This document shows, piece after piece, positions 8,379 through 16,974 of a DNA stretch of 32,000 nt. The DNA comes from Okeania sp. (GTDB taxonomy: Bacteria; Cyanobacteriota; Cyanobacteriia; Cyanobacteriales; Microcoleaceae), in the NCBI RefSeq assembly GCF_035285525.1, contig NZ_JAYKGW010000138.1:1-32000 (forward strand). The letters run 5' to 3'. Every line of letters starts with the position of its first letter. The stretch's first letter is position 1. The notes under the pieces were generated by a model. It saw only the letters and a program-made list of their open reading frames with translations, ran no database searches and was not told where the DNA came from. The position numbers and the translations under genes were made by a program.

Positions 8379-9341
8379 ATGACCTCAAAAATAGGACTTA
8401 ATATGAAACAACTTACAATTGCTGAACACTATCTATTACTTGCACATATCTTATCAACAGTTTTTGGCCTAGCAGGTCTGTTAATAGTTCTACCAAATCC
8501 GGAAATTATTGCCAACTTGCCTCCTCTGGGACAAACAGTTTTCCAGTGGAGCATGGCAGGTGGAGGAGCAACTTTCATTATCTTCGGAGCATTAGCAGTT
8601 GCTATATATGGAATTAGAAATTTAGGAATAGGTACAACTTTAGCTTTTATGCTACCTTCTGTATTTATATCTTTAAGTAGCGAACTATTAGGGACTAGCA
8701 CAGGATTTCCTTTTGGGGATTATGCTTATCTCTATGGATTAGGGTACAAAGTAGCAGGTCTCGTACCCTTTACCATTCCTTTATCTTGGTTTTATATGGG
8801 ATTTGTTTGTTATTTACTAGCTCGTTGTGGTTTAAAAATTAATAGTTCTAGTTCTTGGATACGTCATTTAGGAGCGATCGCCACAGGAGCAATACTTCTG
8901 ACAGCTTGGGATTTAGTTCTTGATCCGGCTATGAGTCAAGCGCCATTTCCATTTTGGGAATTTCAAGAAGAAGGCTCTTTCTTTGGTATGCCTTACCGCA
9001 ATCTAGTTGGGTGGGTAGGTACGGGTGCTACATATATAACTGTAGCTGCTTTACTTTGGGGTAAGAAAACTATTTTATTATCCCGTCAAGAGTTAAACTT
9101 GCCACTAATAACTTATTTAGTTAATTTTGCTTTTGGGGCAACAATTACTATAGTTGCACTGGATAATAGGTTTTTATTACCTGTTGGTTTGAGTATTTTA
9201 TTGGGAGTAGTTCCAGCGATTATTTTTTGGTGGATATCTGAAGCTAATAAATCAAACCAGATGAATATTTATCCAGAAAATATGGTGACTGACGATGACC
9301 TCAAAGTAGCTACAACGGATGTAGAAATGGCTCTTAAATAG
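8379..9341 (+). CDS. cruF: Carotenoid biosynthesis membrane protein (DUF422 family), probably gamma-carotene 1'-hydroxylase CruF
   Basis: 320-aa polytopic membrane ORF with a GFPFGDYAY motif. It is followed on the same strand by a GT2 glycosyltransferase, which is the cruF-cruG arrangement of the myxoxanthophyll pathway. An alternative start is the ATG at 8403 (MKQLT...). Confidence 0.7.
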   Translation: MTSKIGLNMKQLTIAEHYLLLAHILSTVFGLAGLLIVLPNPEIIANLPPLGQTVFQWSMAGGGATFIIFGALAVAIYGIRNLGIGTTLAFMLPSVFISLSSELLGTSTGFPFGDYAYLYGLGYKVAGLVPFTIPLSWFYMGFVCYLLARCGLKINSSSSWIRHLGAIATGAILLTAWDLVLDPAMSQAPFPFWEFQEEGSFFGMPYRNLVGWVGTGATYITVAALLWGKKTILLSRQELNLPLITYLVNFAFGATITIVALDNRFLLPVGLSILLGVVPAIIFWWISEANKSNQMNIYPENMVTDDDLKVATTDVEMALK

Positions 9342-9345
9342 GGTT

Positions 9346-9377
9346 ATTAATAATTAATAATTAATAATTAATAATTA
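9346..9377. repeat. STRR heptamer tract (ATTAATA x4.6) starting 5 nt after the cruF stop
   Basis: ATTAATAATTAATAATTAATAATTAATAATTA read directly after the TAG at 9339-9341. Confidence 0.95.
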
Positions 9378-9648
9378 CCTCTTCTTATCTAAAGAAAAGG
9401 ATCAGCTAAAAAGAATTTTTTTCTTTTCTTCGTCGAGGGATGCCGATATCTGCTTGGCATCCTACCCTGGGAGAAGCTTTCCTCTATGAATGAATAGACT
9501 TTATACCTTGATTTTTCGGTAAAGATTTTGAGGTTTAATCAGCAAGCTCTAATTAGGGTTTGCGCTTCTTCAGTCTTTTAGTAGTGTGGATAAGCCAGAA
9601 TCGGTGAGTCCAGAATCCGTATGTGAATGGGAATCATAGAAGAAGTAG

Positions 9649-9747
9649 CCAGAAGAATTTTCTCTTTATTTTCTACCCCTCGAAATGCTCAAAATCCTAG
9701 ATTTTTGAACTCGAACCACCCAAAAGCTGGTACTTTATTAGTATCTG
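9649..9747 (-). repeat. Family X dispersed repeat, inverted copy
   Basis: The reverse complement (CAGATACTAATAAAGTACCAGCTTTTGGGTGGTTCGAGTTCAAAAATCTAGGATTTTGAGCATTT...) aligns closely with 29584-29682. Confidence 0.8.
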
Positions 9748-9903
9748 CAAAGGCTAAAATCTTTACCAGCAAACACTTTTATATTTCCATACGCAAGCCC
9801 TAAATAAGTAGGTTGACAAAAATAAACGTCAGTATGTAACAAAATTTTCAAGCAGTTGAAACCCCTTAGATTCCTATCCCTATCGAATGCTGCGCAAACC
9901 TTA

Positions 9904-9936
9904 CTTCTTCCTTCTTCCTTCTTCCTTCTTTCTTCC
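9904..9936. repeat. STRR heptamer tract (CTTCTTC x4.7) ending 9 nt before the cruG ATG
   Basis: CTTCTTCCTTCTTCCTTCTTCCTTCTTTCTTCC read directly. Confidence 0.95.
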
Positions 9937-9945
9937 TAAAAAACC

Positions 9946-11124
9946 ATGCTAGAAGTCTTTTTTTTTGTCATCCTAATGTTGCAACTACCAGCAACAGCTA
10001 TCTTATTATCACGTCTCATCAAAGGTCCGACTCGCCAACCGCCATTAAAACCTGACTCCCCTACAGGAGAATCAATAGGTAAAGTAACAATAGTAGTGCC
10101 AACTCTGAATGAAGCAGAACGTATTACTCCTTGTTTAATGGGTTTGAGTAGACAAAGTTATGAAGTCCGAGAAATAATAGTAGTTGATAGTAGCTCAGTA
10201 GACGATACTCAATATCTAGTTAAGAAGCAAGCAAAAAAAGACCCAAGATTTCGCTTAATCACAGATGACCCTTTACCCTCTGGGTGGGTAGGTCGTCCTT
10301 ATGCTCTACATACAGGTTTTTTAGCAAGTTCTCCAAAAAGTGAATGGTTTCTGGGAATAGATGCGGATACTCAACCAGAGCCAGGGTTAGTAGCTAGTTT
10401 GATAAAAAAGGCTGAAGCTGAAAAATACGATTTGATTTCTCTGTCGCCACGGTTTATCCTGAAGTATCCAGGAGAACTCTGGCTACAACCTGCTTTGTTG
10501 ATAACATTAGTTTATAGATTTGGACCGACGGGTACGGGGGCGCAAACACCGGAACGGGTTATGGCTAATGGTCAATGTTTTTTCTGTCGTCGTTCGGTGT
10601 TGTCTAAAATGGAGGGTTATATTAGTGCTAAAAGTTCTTTTTGTGATGATGTAACTCTGGCGAGAAATATTGCTGCTGAGGGGTTTAAGGTCGGGTTTCT
10701 GGATGGAGCAGAAGTTTTGCAGGTTAGAATGTATGAGGGAATGTGGGAAACTTGGCGAGAGTGGGGGCGATCGCTTGACTTGAAGGATGCTTCTCCTGCT
10801 ATTCAAGTTTGGAGCGATCTTTGGTTGTTATCGGCAACTCAGGGTTTACCTTTATTGATAGTATTGGGTTATTTGTTTTTTGGTTTGCCTATTTCTATTT
10901 CTCTATCTAGCCAATTTTTGTTATTTGGTTTGAATTTATTTTTATTATTAATTAGATTTGCTTTGTTATTAGGTATTGCTCCATCTTATGACTTTAGTAA
11001 AGCTGAAGGACGTTGGTTATTTTTATTATCTCCTTTAGCAGATCCTTTGGCAGTTTTACGGATATTTTTATCTGCTATGAAAACTCCGACAAAGTGGCGC
11101 GGTAGAGTTTATGAAGGAAACTAA
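9946..11124 (+). CDS. cruG: Family-2 glycosyltransferase, probably myxol 2'-O-glycosyltransferase CruG
   Basis: 392-aa ORF. GT2 hallmarks are VTIVVPTLNEAERI, the DxD-like GIDADT and NGQCFFCRR. The C-terminal half is hydrophobic. It lies downstream of the cruF-like gene. Confidence 0.7.
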   Translation: MLEVFFFVILMLQLPATAILLSRLIKGPTRQPPLKPDSPTGESIGKVTIVVPTLNEAERITPCLMGLSRQSYEVREIIVVDSSSVDDTQYLVKKQAKKDPRFRLITDDPLPSGWVGRPYALHTGFLASSPKSEWFLGIDADTQPEPGLVASLIKKAEAEKYDLISLSPRFILKYPGELWLQPALLITLVYRFGPTGTGAQTPERVMANGQCFFCRRSVLSKMEGYISAKSSFCDDVTLARNIAAEGFKVGFLDGAEVLQVRMYEGMWETWREWGRSLDLKDASPAIQVWSDLWLLSATQGLPLLIVLGYLFFGLPISISLSSQFLLFGLNLFLLLIRFALLLGIAPSYDFSKAEGRWLFLLSPLADPLAVLRIFLSAMKTPTKWRGRVYEGN

Positions 11125-11143
11125 TAATGAATAATGAATAATT
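11123..11143. repeat. STRR heptamer tract (AATAATG x2-3) overlapping the cruG stop codon
   Basis: The TAA at 11122-11124 is followed by TAATGAATAATGAATAATTA. Confidence 0.8.
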
Positions 11144-11258
11144 AGTGTAGGGGTTTGCTCTCTAAACCCTCATCTAAATTAAATTTTTTACCAACAATAA
11201 ATAATTAATAATTGCTTTTATTAAACTATTGCGCAATAGTTTGGAGATATTCGATTAA

Positions 11259-11288
11259 GTACAAAGTTAGCGATCGCTAACTTTGTAC
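11259..11288. repeat. Perfect 30-bp palindrome centred on a HIP1 site
   Basis: GTACAAAGTTAGCGATCGCTAACTTTGTAC is its own reverse complement. Confidence 0.95.
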
Positions 11289-11302
11289 CTCATAAAATAT
11301 TT

Positions 11303-11604
11303 AGGACTTACGCATGAACGCTACTGGTAGTGCATTGTTTCATCTAAAATGGTGCACTAGACCGTAGGGGCGGGTTTTACAAGTAAGTTAACGAGCTTTC
11401 CTAGTAAACTAGATAAACCCGCCTCCAGTGATGTAAGCCACCCTCTCAGGGGCGGGTTTATGTAAATCCTAGAAAGAGATGAAAATTTCCTGAGAAACCC
11501 GCCCCTACCTATTGCAGCATTTTAGATGAAAAAGTCCAGTAGGGTGTGTTAGCGCACTTCATAACGCACCAAAACTCCAGATATAGTATATTTGCGTAAG
11601 TCCT
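11303..11604. mobile_element. Composite MITE-like element (AGGACTTACGCA TIRs) containing an inverted pair of GTAGGGGCGGGTTT hairpin elements
   Basis: The ends are AGGACTTACGCA (11303-) and TGCGTAAGTCCT (-11604). The internal elements 11364-11426 and 11448-11508 are in opposite orientation and are homologous to the 1-330 tandem unit. An inner inverted pair CATCTAAAATG / CATTTTAGATG is also present. Confidence 0.75.
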
Positions 11605-11892
11605 GATATTGATACAATTAAATACTGTAGAGGTTTAGTTTCCAAATCCCTTTTTTGTAGGGTGCGTTTTACTGCGTGACATGAAAATGAAATGTAACGC
11701 ACCGTTGATCCCAAATATTTCGGTGCGTTAGTGAACTCAAGATTTACAGCGCTTTTCTTTCTTGATAAACCACATCACCATAACCAAAATATTGTAGGGA
11801 CGCCCTTATGCAACGTCCCTACTGTGGTTTACTAAAATGAAAACCGCTGTAAACTCAGAGCTATATAAAAAAGCTAATAGCTAGTTAAATTT

Positions 11893-13743
11893 TTACCTAA
11901 CTTGAAAATCATTAGCTACTAAATCTGGACTACCATCTAAAATAGCAAACTCACCTCCAATACCAAAACCACCATCAGTACCGTTGGCATTATAATACAA
12001 AGTTCCACTAGCAGAATCATAAACAATCTCTGCTGCGGAAGTTGCAGCATCACCCTCACTGGAGACAATTGCAAAATCATCTTCAACTAAACCAATACCA
12101 GCAGAACTATCTAATTCGGTAAAAGTATCCAAATCAAGTAAAATTCTATCTTGCCCGCTATTAAAATCAGTGATTGTATCTGTACCTAAAGCCTCAGAAT
12201 CAAATTCTTCATTAGTGTTAAAAATAAATTTGTCTCTACTTGCTCCACCAGTCAATACATCGTCTCCCGGACCACCATTCAGGCGATCGCGACCTTGACC
12301 ACCGCTGAGAGTATCATTACCGCTTCCACCAAGCAAGATATCTGCTCCTGGACGACCTTGTAAAACATCATTACCATTTTGACCGAATAGAGTATCATTT
12401 CCCCTTGCACCAATCAAAGTGTCGTTACCATCATCACCAATGACACGATCATTTCCTGCGAGTCCATTTAAGCGATCGTTTCCATCAAAACCTCTGACTA
12501 TATCGTTACCAAAACCTGCATCAATATTGTTATCGCGGCTGTCTCCGTTATAAACCACATCCTCAGTCGGAATGACAGTATCCAAATTCTCCAACACTAC
12601 CTGTCCGCGCAACTCACCACTTCCATTATCTTCTGTGTGCAGGTTAATATAAGCGCCTCCTAACTGTACGGCCTCAACTTCAGTATCATCCAGAGTAAAA
12701 TTACCAGAGAATAAACCACTGTTATCACCATTGTCAACTACAGTTAAGTTGCGTAAGATAGGACCACCTTCACCAAGTTCACCCACATGAACGTGAATTG
12801 AACTTTGAGGATTTCCCTCTGAGTCTGGAGCACCGACATTTAATAAATCACTAGTTAGATTAGAAAAATCCCCAGATATATTCAGATTATTCCCAGAGAG
12901 AACAGCATAAAAGTCTCCTTCAGCGGCAGTATCTACTACTGGGTCAACTTCTTGAGATTCTGAGATTGGTAAGAATGTTACTAGAGTATCGTCTGTTGAG
13001 GTCTCATTGAGGAGAACTTGGGTACGCAACTCACCACTTGGATTATTATCTGTGTGCAGGTTAATATAAAGATTACCTGACTCCGCAGCGACTACTTCAT
13101 CATCACTTAGAGTAAACTCTCCAAAAAAGCCACCTGAGCTATCACCATTATCAATGACAGTGAAGTTACGAATAATTCCACCACCAGAATTAGCTAATCC
13201 TTGATGCAGATGAATAGGACTTTGAGGATTTCCTTCTGAGTCTGCATCTCCCACCGGAAGTAAATCGCTGGATAATTCTGAAAAAGTTCCTTGTATTGTT
13301 AGGTTGTTACCATTCAGAATCGCATTTGCTATCCCTTCAGCAGGAGTATCTGCTATTGGGGGTACTTCAAAAAGCTCTGACATCGGCAACCCCAGGCCAA
13401 ATGCTATCTCCTGATCGTCTGCCAAAACTACCTGTCCTCGTAATTCTCCACTTTGGTTATCTTCTGTGTGGAGGTTTACATAGAACCCGTATTCTTCTCC
13501 TACTAATGCTTCTGCATCTGTGAGAGTAAAAGCACCATTAAATGTACCTGTAGTATCATCTACATTGAAGTTGCGAACAATAGGTCCTGTTTCACCTGCT
13601 ACCGCTTGATGAACATGAATCGGACTTTGAGGGTTTCCCTCTGAGTCTGGGTCTCCTACAGGAAATAGAGGGCTTGATAGTTGCTCAAAAGTGCCATCTA
13701 TTAGTAATATATTTCCTGGTAAAAATACATCGAAAGAGCCCAT
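11893..13743 (-). CDS. Secreted-type protein with three CHRD-like domains and a C-terminal RTX (hemolysin-type Ca-binding) repeat block. The 5' end may be disrupted (see findings).
   Basis: 616-aa ORF. A ~125-aa module is repeated three times, each with SEGNPQSPIH(V/L)H...GP/GGI(V/I/L)RN...(V/I)NLHT(E/D)(D/N)N.SGELR.QV, which fits my memory of CHRD. It is followed by GNDxL nonapeptide repeats (GNDRLNGLAGNDRVIGDDGNDTLIGARGNDTLFG...). There is no N-terminal signal peptide, consistent with type I secretion. Confidence 0.85.
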   Translation of the reverse strand: MGSFDVFLPGNILLIDGTFEQLSSPLFPVGDPDSEGNPQSPIHVHQAVAGETGPIVRNFNVDDTTGTFNGAFTLTDAEALVGEEYGFYVNLHTEDNQSGELRGQVVLADDQEIAFGLGLPMSELFEVPPIADTPAEGIANAILNGNNLTIQGTFSELSSDLLPVGDADSEGNPQSPIHLHQGLANSGGGIIRNFTVIDNGDSSGGFFGEFTLSDDEVVAAESGNLYINLHTDNNPSGELRTQVLLNETSTDDTLVTFLPISESQEVDPVVDTAAEGDFYAVLSGNNLNISGDFSNLTSDLLNVGAPDSEGNPQSSIHVHVGELGEGGPILRNLTVVDNGDNSGLFSGNFTLDDTEVEAVQLGGAYINLHTEDNGSGELRGQVVLENLDTVIPTEDVVYNGDSRDNNIDAGFGNDIVRGFDGNDRLNGLAGNDRVIGDDGNDTLIGARGNDTLFGQNGNDVLQGRPGADILLGGSGNDTLSGGQGRDRLNGGPGDDVLTGGASRDKFIFNTNEEFDSEALGTDTITDFNSGQDRILLDLDTFTELDSSAGIGLVEDDFAIVSSEGDAATSAAEIVYDSASGTLYYNANGTDGGFGIGGEFAILDGSPDLVANDFQVR

Positions 13744-14098
13744 GGCCGGACTGTCTGTTACAGGTGGAACTTCCTAATTTTCAGCCATTGGTACAGAAAG
13801 TCCAAAGAAGTCATCAAATAAATAAGTTGCCATTATAAGCCTCTGAAATTTTATAGAATAAGCCTACCATACTTTAAAATAGTTTCAAGTTACAATTTAA
13901 AGTCATATAAAGTTAAGTTAGTATTGGTAAGTTATACAGTCAGGTTCTTTCACAGAATGTTAAGTTTTTAATTTACCCATTTTTTTTATTTAACTCTTGA
14001 GTATGACTTTATGTCATCAATAATTACTTTAAATTATATCCTACTTTAATTATTGATTAATAGAGAAATTAATGTATAATATTATCTGTCAATTATTT

Positions 14099-14263
14099 GT
14101 AAGCATTCAGCTATTAGCAATAAGACCCTATGTTTAAGGATAAGTTTAAATAAAAAAAGACTTTAGAACTGACTTTTATAGTCAAGTTTTTCTAGATCAA
14201 TTTAATAAAGCTTTTATCGCTCACTATAAAGCAATAGGTGATGGATGACTGCTGAATGCTTAA
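14099..14263. mobile_element. MITE-like element, GTAAGCATTCAGC-TIR family, ending 35 bp upstream of the glcF ATG
   Basis: GTAAGCATTCAGC (14099-14111) and GCTGAATGCTTAA (14251-14263) are inverted repeats. Confidence 0.6.
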
Positions 14264-14297
14264 AATTATTTGATTGAAAATTATTTAAGATAAAAAT

Positions 14298-15710
14298 ATG
14301 CAAACCAAAGACATAAATACCCAAAATAATCCCAAAATTCCAGCTAAAGATAGCAACTTTTTACAACAAAATTTCCATTTAAACTCTTTAGCAAATAACT
14401 CTAATTTTGACTTTCAAAATCCACCAAAACAAGAATTAATTGACGCCTGCGTTCACTGTGGATTTTGTTTATCTACTTGTCCTAGTTATCGAGTAATAGG
14501 GAAAGAAATGGATTCTCCCAGGGGTAGAATTTATGCTATGGATGCTATTAATAAAGGAGAAGCAGTTTTAAATCAAACAACTGCTGAACATTTTGATACT
14601 TGCTTAGGTTGTCTTGCCTGTGTAACTATTTGCCCATCTACTGTTAAATATGATAAATTAATCGCTGCAACTCGTCCCCAAGTAGAACGAAATACTCCCC
14701 GTTCATTACCTGATAAATTAATTCGTAATCTCATCTTTAATTTGTTTCCTTATCCCAATAGATTACGACCCTTAATTATCCCTCTATTCCTTTATCAAAA
14801 ATTAGGAATTAATAAACTTATTCGTGGTAGTAAATTACTGGAAAAAATTTCTCCTAGATTAGCAGCAATGGAATCTATTTTGCCAGAAATTACTGTTGAT
14901 GCTTTCGAGAATAATTATCCGACAATTATTCCTGCTGAAGGAAAAAAACGTTATCGAGTTGGTTTAATATTAGGTTGTGTGCAAAGAATATTTTTCTCCC
15001 CCGTTAATATGGCAACAATTCGAGTTTTAACCGCCAATGGTTGTGAAGTTATTATTCCTAAAAGTCAAGGTTGTTGTGCTGCTTTGCCAGAACATCAAGG
15101 GCAAACTGAACAAGCTCATACTTTAGCCAAACAGATGATAGATAGTTTTGCTAATACTGGAGTTGATGCAGTTATTATTAATGCTGCTGGTTGCGGTCAT
15201 ACTTTGAAAGAATATGACAATATTCTTCAAGATGATTCTGAATATTCTGAGAAAGCAAAAGAATTTTCTGATAAGGTTAAAGATGTGCAAGAATTTTTAG
15301 CAAATGTGGAATTAACAGCTAAACTTTATCCTTTAATTGAAGGTGAAGAATTGAATATAGTTTATCAAGATGCTTGCCATTTATTGCACGGTCAAAAAAT
15401 TAGTTTGGAACCCAGAAAATTATTACAACAAATTCCTGGAGTGAAATTGCGCGAACCAATGGATGCAAGTTTGTGTTGTGGAAGTGCTGGAGTTTATAAT
15501 ATGTTGCAACCAGAAATAGCTGATGAGTTAGGGCAACAAAAAGCCGAAAACTTATTAAATACAGGTGCAGAATTAATTGCTTCCGCTAATCCTGGATGTT
15601 CTTTACAAATTAAAAAGCATTTAGAGTTGCAAGGTAAAAAAATGACTTTAATGCACCCAATAGAATTATTAGATTACTCTATTCGTGGAGTGAAATTACA
15701 GAGAAAATAG
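14298..15710 (+). CDS. glcF: Glycolate dehydrogenase iron-sulfur subunit GlcF ((Fe-S)-binding, CCG-domain protein)
   Basis: 470-aa ORF. It has two ferredoxin-type cluster motifs (CVHCGFCLSTCP and CLGCLACVTICP) followed by two cysteine-rich CCG-like regions (GCCAALPE..., DASLCCGSAG, ANPGC). Confidence 0.85.
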   Translation: MQTKDINTQNNPKIPAKDSNFLQQNFHLNSLANNSNFDFQNPPKQELIDACVHCGFCLSTCPSYRVIGKEMDSPRGRIYAMDAINKGEAVLNQTTAEHFDTCLGCLACVTICPSTVKYDKLIAATRPQVERNTPRSLPDKLIRNLIFNLFPYPNRLRPLIIPLFLYQKLGINKLIRGSKLLEKISPRLAAMESILPEITVDAFENNYPTIIPAEGKKRYRVGLILGCVQRIFFSPVNMATIRVLTANGCEVIIPKSQGCCAALPEHQGQTEQAHTLAKQMIDSFANTGVDAVIINAAGCGHTLKEYDNILQDDSEYSEKAKEFSDKVKDVQEFLANVELTAKLYPLIEGEELNIVYQDACHLLHGQKISLEPRKLLQQIPGVKLREPMDASLCCGSAGVYNMLQPEIADELGQQKAENLLNTGAELIASANPGCSLQIKKHLELQGKKMTLMHPIELLDYSIRGVKLQRK

Positions 15711-15832
15711 TAGATGCTAATTTAGTCTGATTAGGGTTTGCTTATGAAAGTCTGTCAGTTAAAGAAGGGAACAGTTTAGACTATATGTCTACGACTAAAT
15801 TTTCTGATAGTCAAGATTAAAACTTTACCATC

Positions 15833-15947
15833 AGGACTTACGCATAATCAACCAGTTTTGGTCATTTGAGATTGCTATCCTGACGGACTGCTTCGCAAAT
15901 GCACCTCGCGAGTAATGACAGAAATACGTTGGGCGTGCGTAAATCCT
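15833..15947. mobile_element. MITE-like element, AGGACTTACGCA-TIR family (subfamily without the GAAACCCGGTTTC core)
   Basis: The ends are AGGACTTACGCA and TGCGTAAATCCT. The internal TTTGAGATTGCT...GAAATACGTTG is shared with the fragment at 18367-18429. Confidence 0.7.
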
Positions 15948-16134
15948 AACCATTTTGAAGCTATAACAGCTAAAAACCAAGAATTTTTTTTGAAATCAAA
16001 AGGCTAAAACCTATATTTGTCAATACTTTGAAATTGAATCAGCAAACCCTAATTAACGATCACGAAAGTGATTGCCTTGTTTTTTCCGAATCAAAAAAAG
16101 TAGCGTATATTATCAAGTCTAATACCAGTTTATG

Positions 16135-16243
16135 TACAGCAGATTTTGGGCAAATGATTTACAGAGTAAATGGTGAAAACAGTGTATTGCCGGCATCTTG
16201 CCTCCAAGAGTCTAACTCATGGGCAACAGAAAGTGCTGTAAAT
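16135..16243 (+). repeat. Dispersed ~110 bp repeat (family W; core ATTGTAGTGCGGGCATCTTGCCCGCAA), copy flanking the 3' side of the PEP-CTERM gene
   Basis: TACAGCAGATTTTGGGCAAATGATTTACAGAGTAAATGGTGAAAACAGTGTATTGCCGGCATCTTGCC...AAAGTGCTGTAAAT aligns with 16975-17082, 29352-29440 and 18251-18338. Confidence 0.8.
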
Positions 16244-16274
16244 ATAGCGATCGCTCTTTTTTTTTAGATAAACT

Positions 16275-16907
16275 TTATTGATTTAAACGTTTGAGAGAAA
16301 AACCACTCATACCCAAGATTGCAAATAAACCTAAAACTGTAGAAGATTCAGGAACAGGTTCCGGATCGAGAATATTTGCAACTGCTACAGACCTGCGACG
16401 AGATTGTCTTTCAAAAGTTCCTGTACCAAAAGTACCATTGCTTAATGTTACATCAAAAGTAACGCCTGCAAGACCAAAATCACCACCAGGATCAAAAAAA
16501 CCAGGACCAACATTGTTTGTATTCATTCCAAACATTAATGTCTCCCCTGTAGTAAATGCTCCATCTGCAAAATCAAGTGTTAATAGCTGTTGTCCATCAA
16601 GGGAGTAACTAAACTCAGCATCAGTAACATCACTATTGTTACCAACTTGAGGAGCTCTCCTTGGACGGCTAAAGTTAAATGAAGCATCTGGATCTGCTGA
16701 TAAATCTAGAATCAATTGATCAATATATACGTTTTCAGGACCTTCTTCAAAGATAACCCGAAAAAAGTTGTCTCTACGAGCTGCATTACTTCCAGAGTCT
16801 CCTCCTATAGTCTTAAATTTAATTGTTGCAGCTTCTGCTATTCCTGCGAATAAAGCAACACTAGCAGTTACAACCACAGTTATCAGTGATTTTTTTGCTA
16901 TTTTCAT
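16275..16907 (-). CDS. PEP-CTERM sorting-domain protein (putative exosortase substrate)
   Basis: The C-terminus DPEPVPESSTVLGLFAILGMSGFSLKRLNQ has the PEP-like motif, a TM helix and a basic tail. A signal peptide (MKIAKKSLITVVVTASVALFAGIAEA) begins at the internal ATG at 16907. That ATG is preceded by AGGAG 11 nt upstream, so I prefer it over the track start at 16964. Confidence 0.85.
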   Translation of the reverse strand: MKIAKKSLITVVVTASVALFAGIAEAATIKFKTIGGDSGSNAARRDNFFRVIFEEGPENVYIDQLILDLSADPDASFNFSRPRRAPQVGNNSDVTDAEFSYSLDGQQLLTLDFADGAFTTGETLMFGMNTNNVGPGFFDPGGDFGLAGVTFDVTLSNGTFGTGTFERQSRRRSVAVANILDPEPVPESSTVLGLFAILGMSGFSLKRLNQ

Positions 16908-16974
16908 CGAAGTATTTCTCCTAATTTTGGCGTTTGGTAGATGAGTGATACTGTTGATCAACATTAGAAAGTTA

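Noticed and set aside
9700-9725. tRNA-like T-arm sequence (GGTTCGAG on the minus strand)
   Set aside because: The flanks cannot form a T stem or an acceptor stem, and the segment is part of the family X dispersed repeat. I found no convincing tRNA, rRNA, tmRNA, RNase P or SRP RNA signatures anywhere in the window by eye.
16028-16267. 79-aa plus-strand ORF
   Set aside because: It has no canonical ATG start (the track begins at TTG). Half of it is the family W repeat, which recurs in non-coding contexts at 16975, 18251 and 29352.
16908-16964. 19-codon N-terminal extension of the PEP-CTERM ORF
   Set aside because: The internal ATG at 16907 has an AGGAG box upstream and starts a canonical signal peptide. 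The extension would bury that signal peptide.
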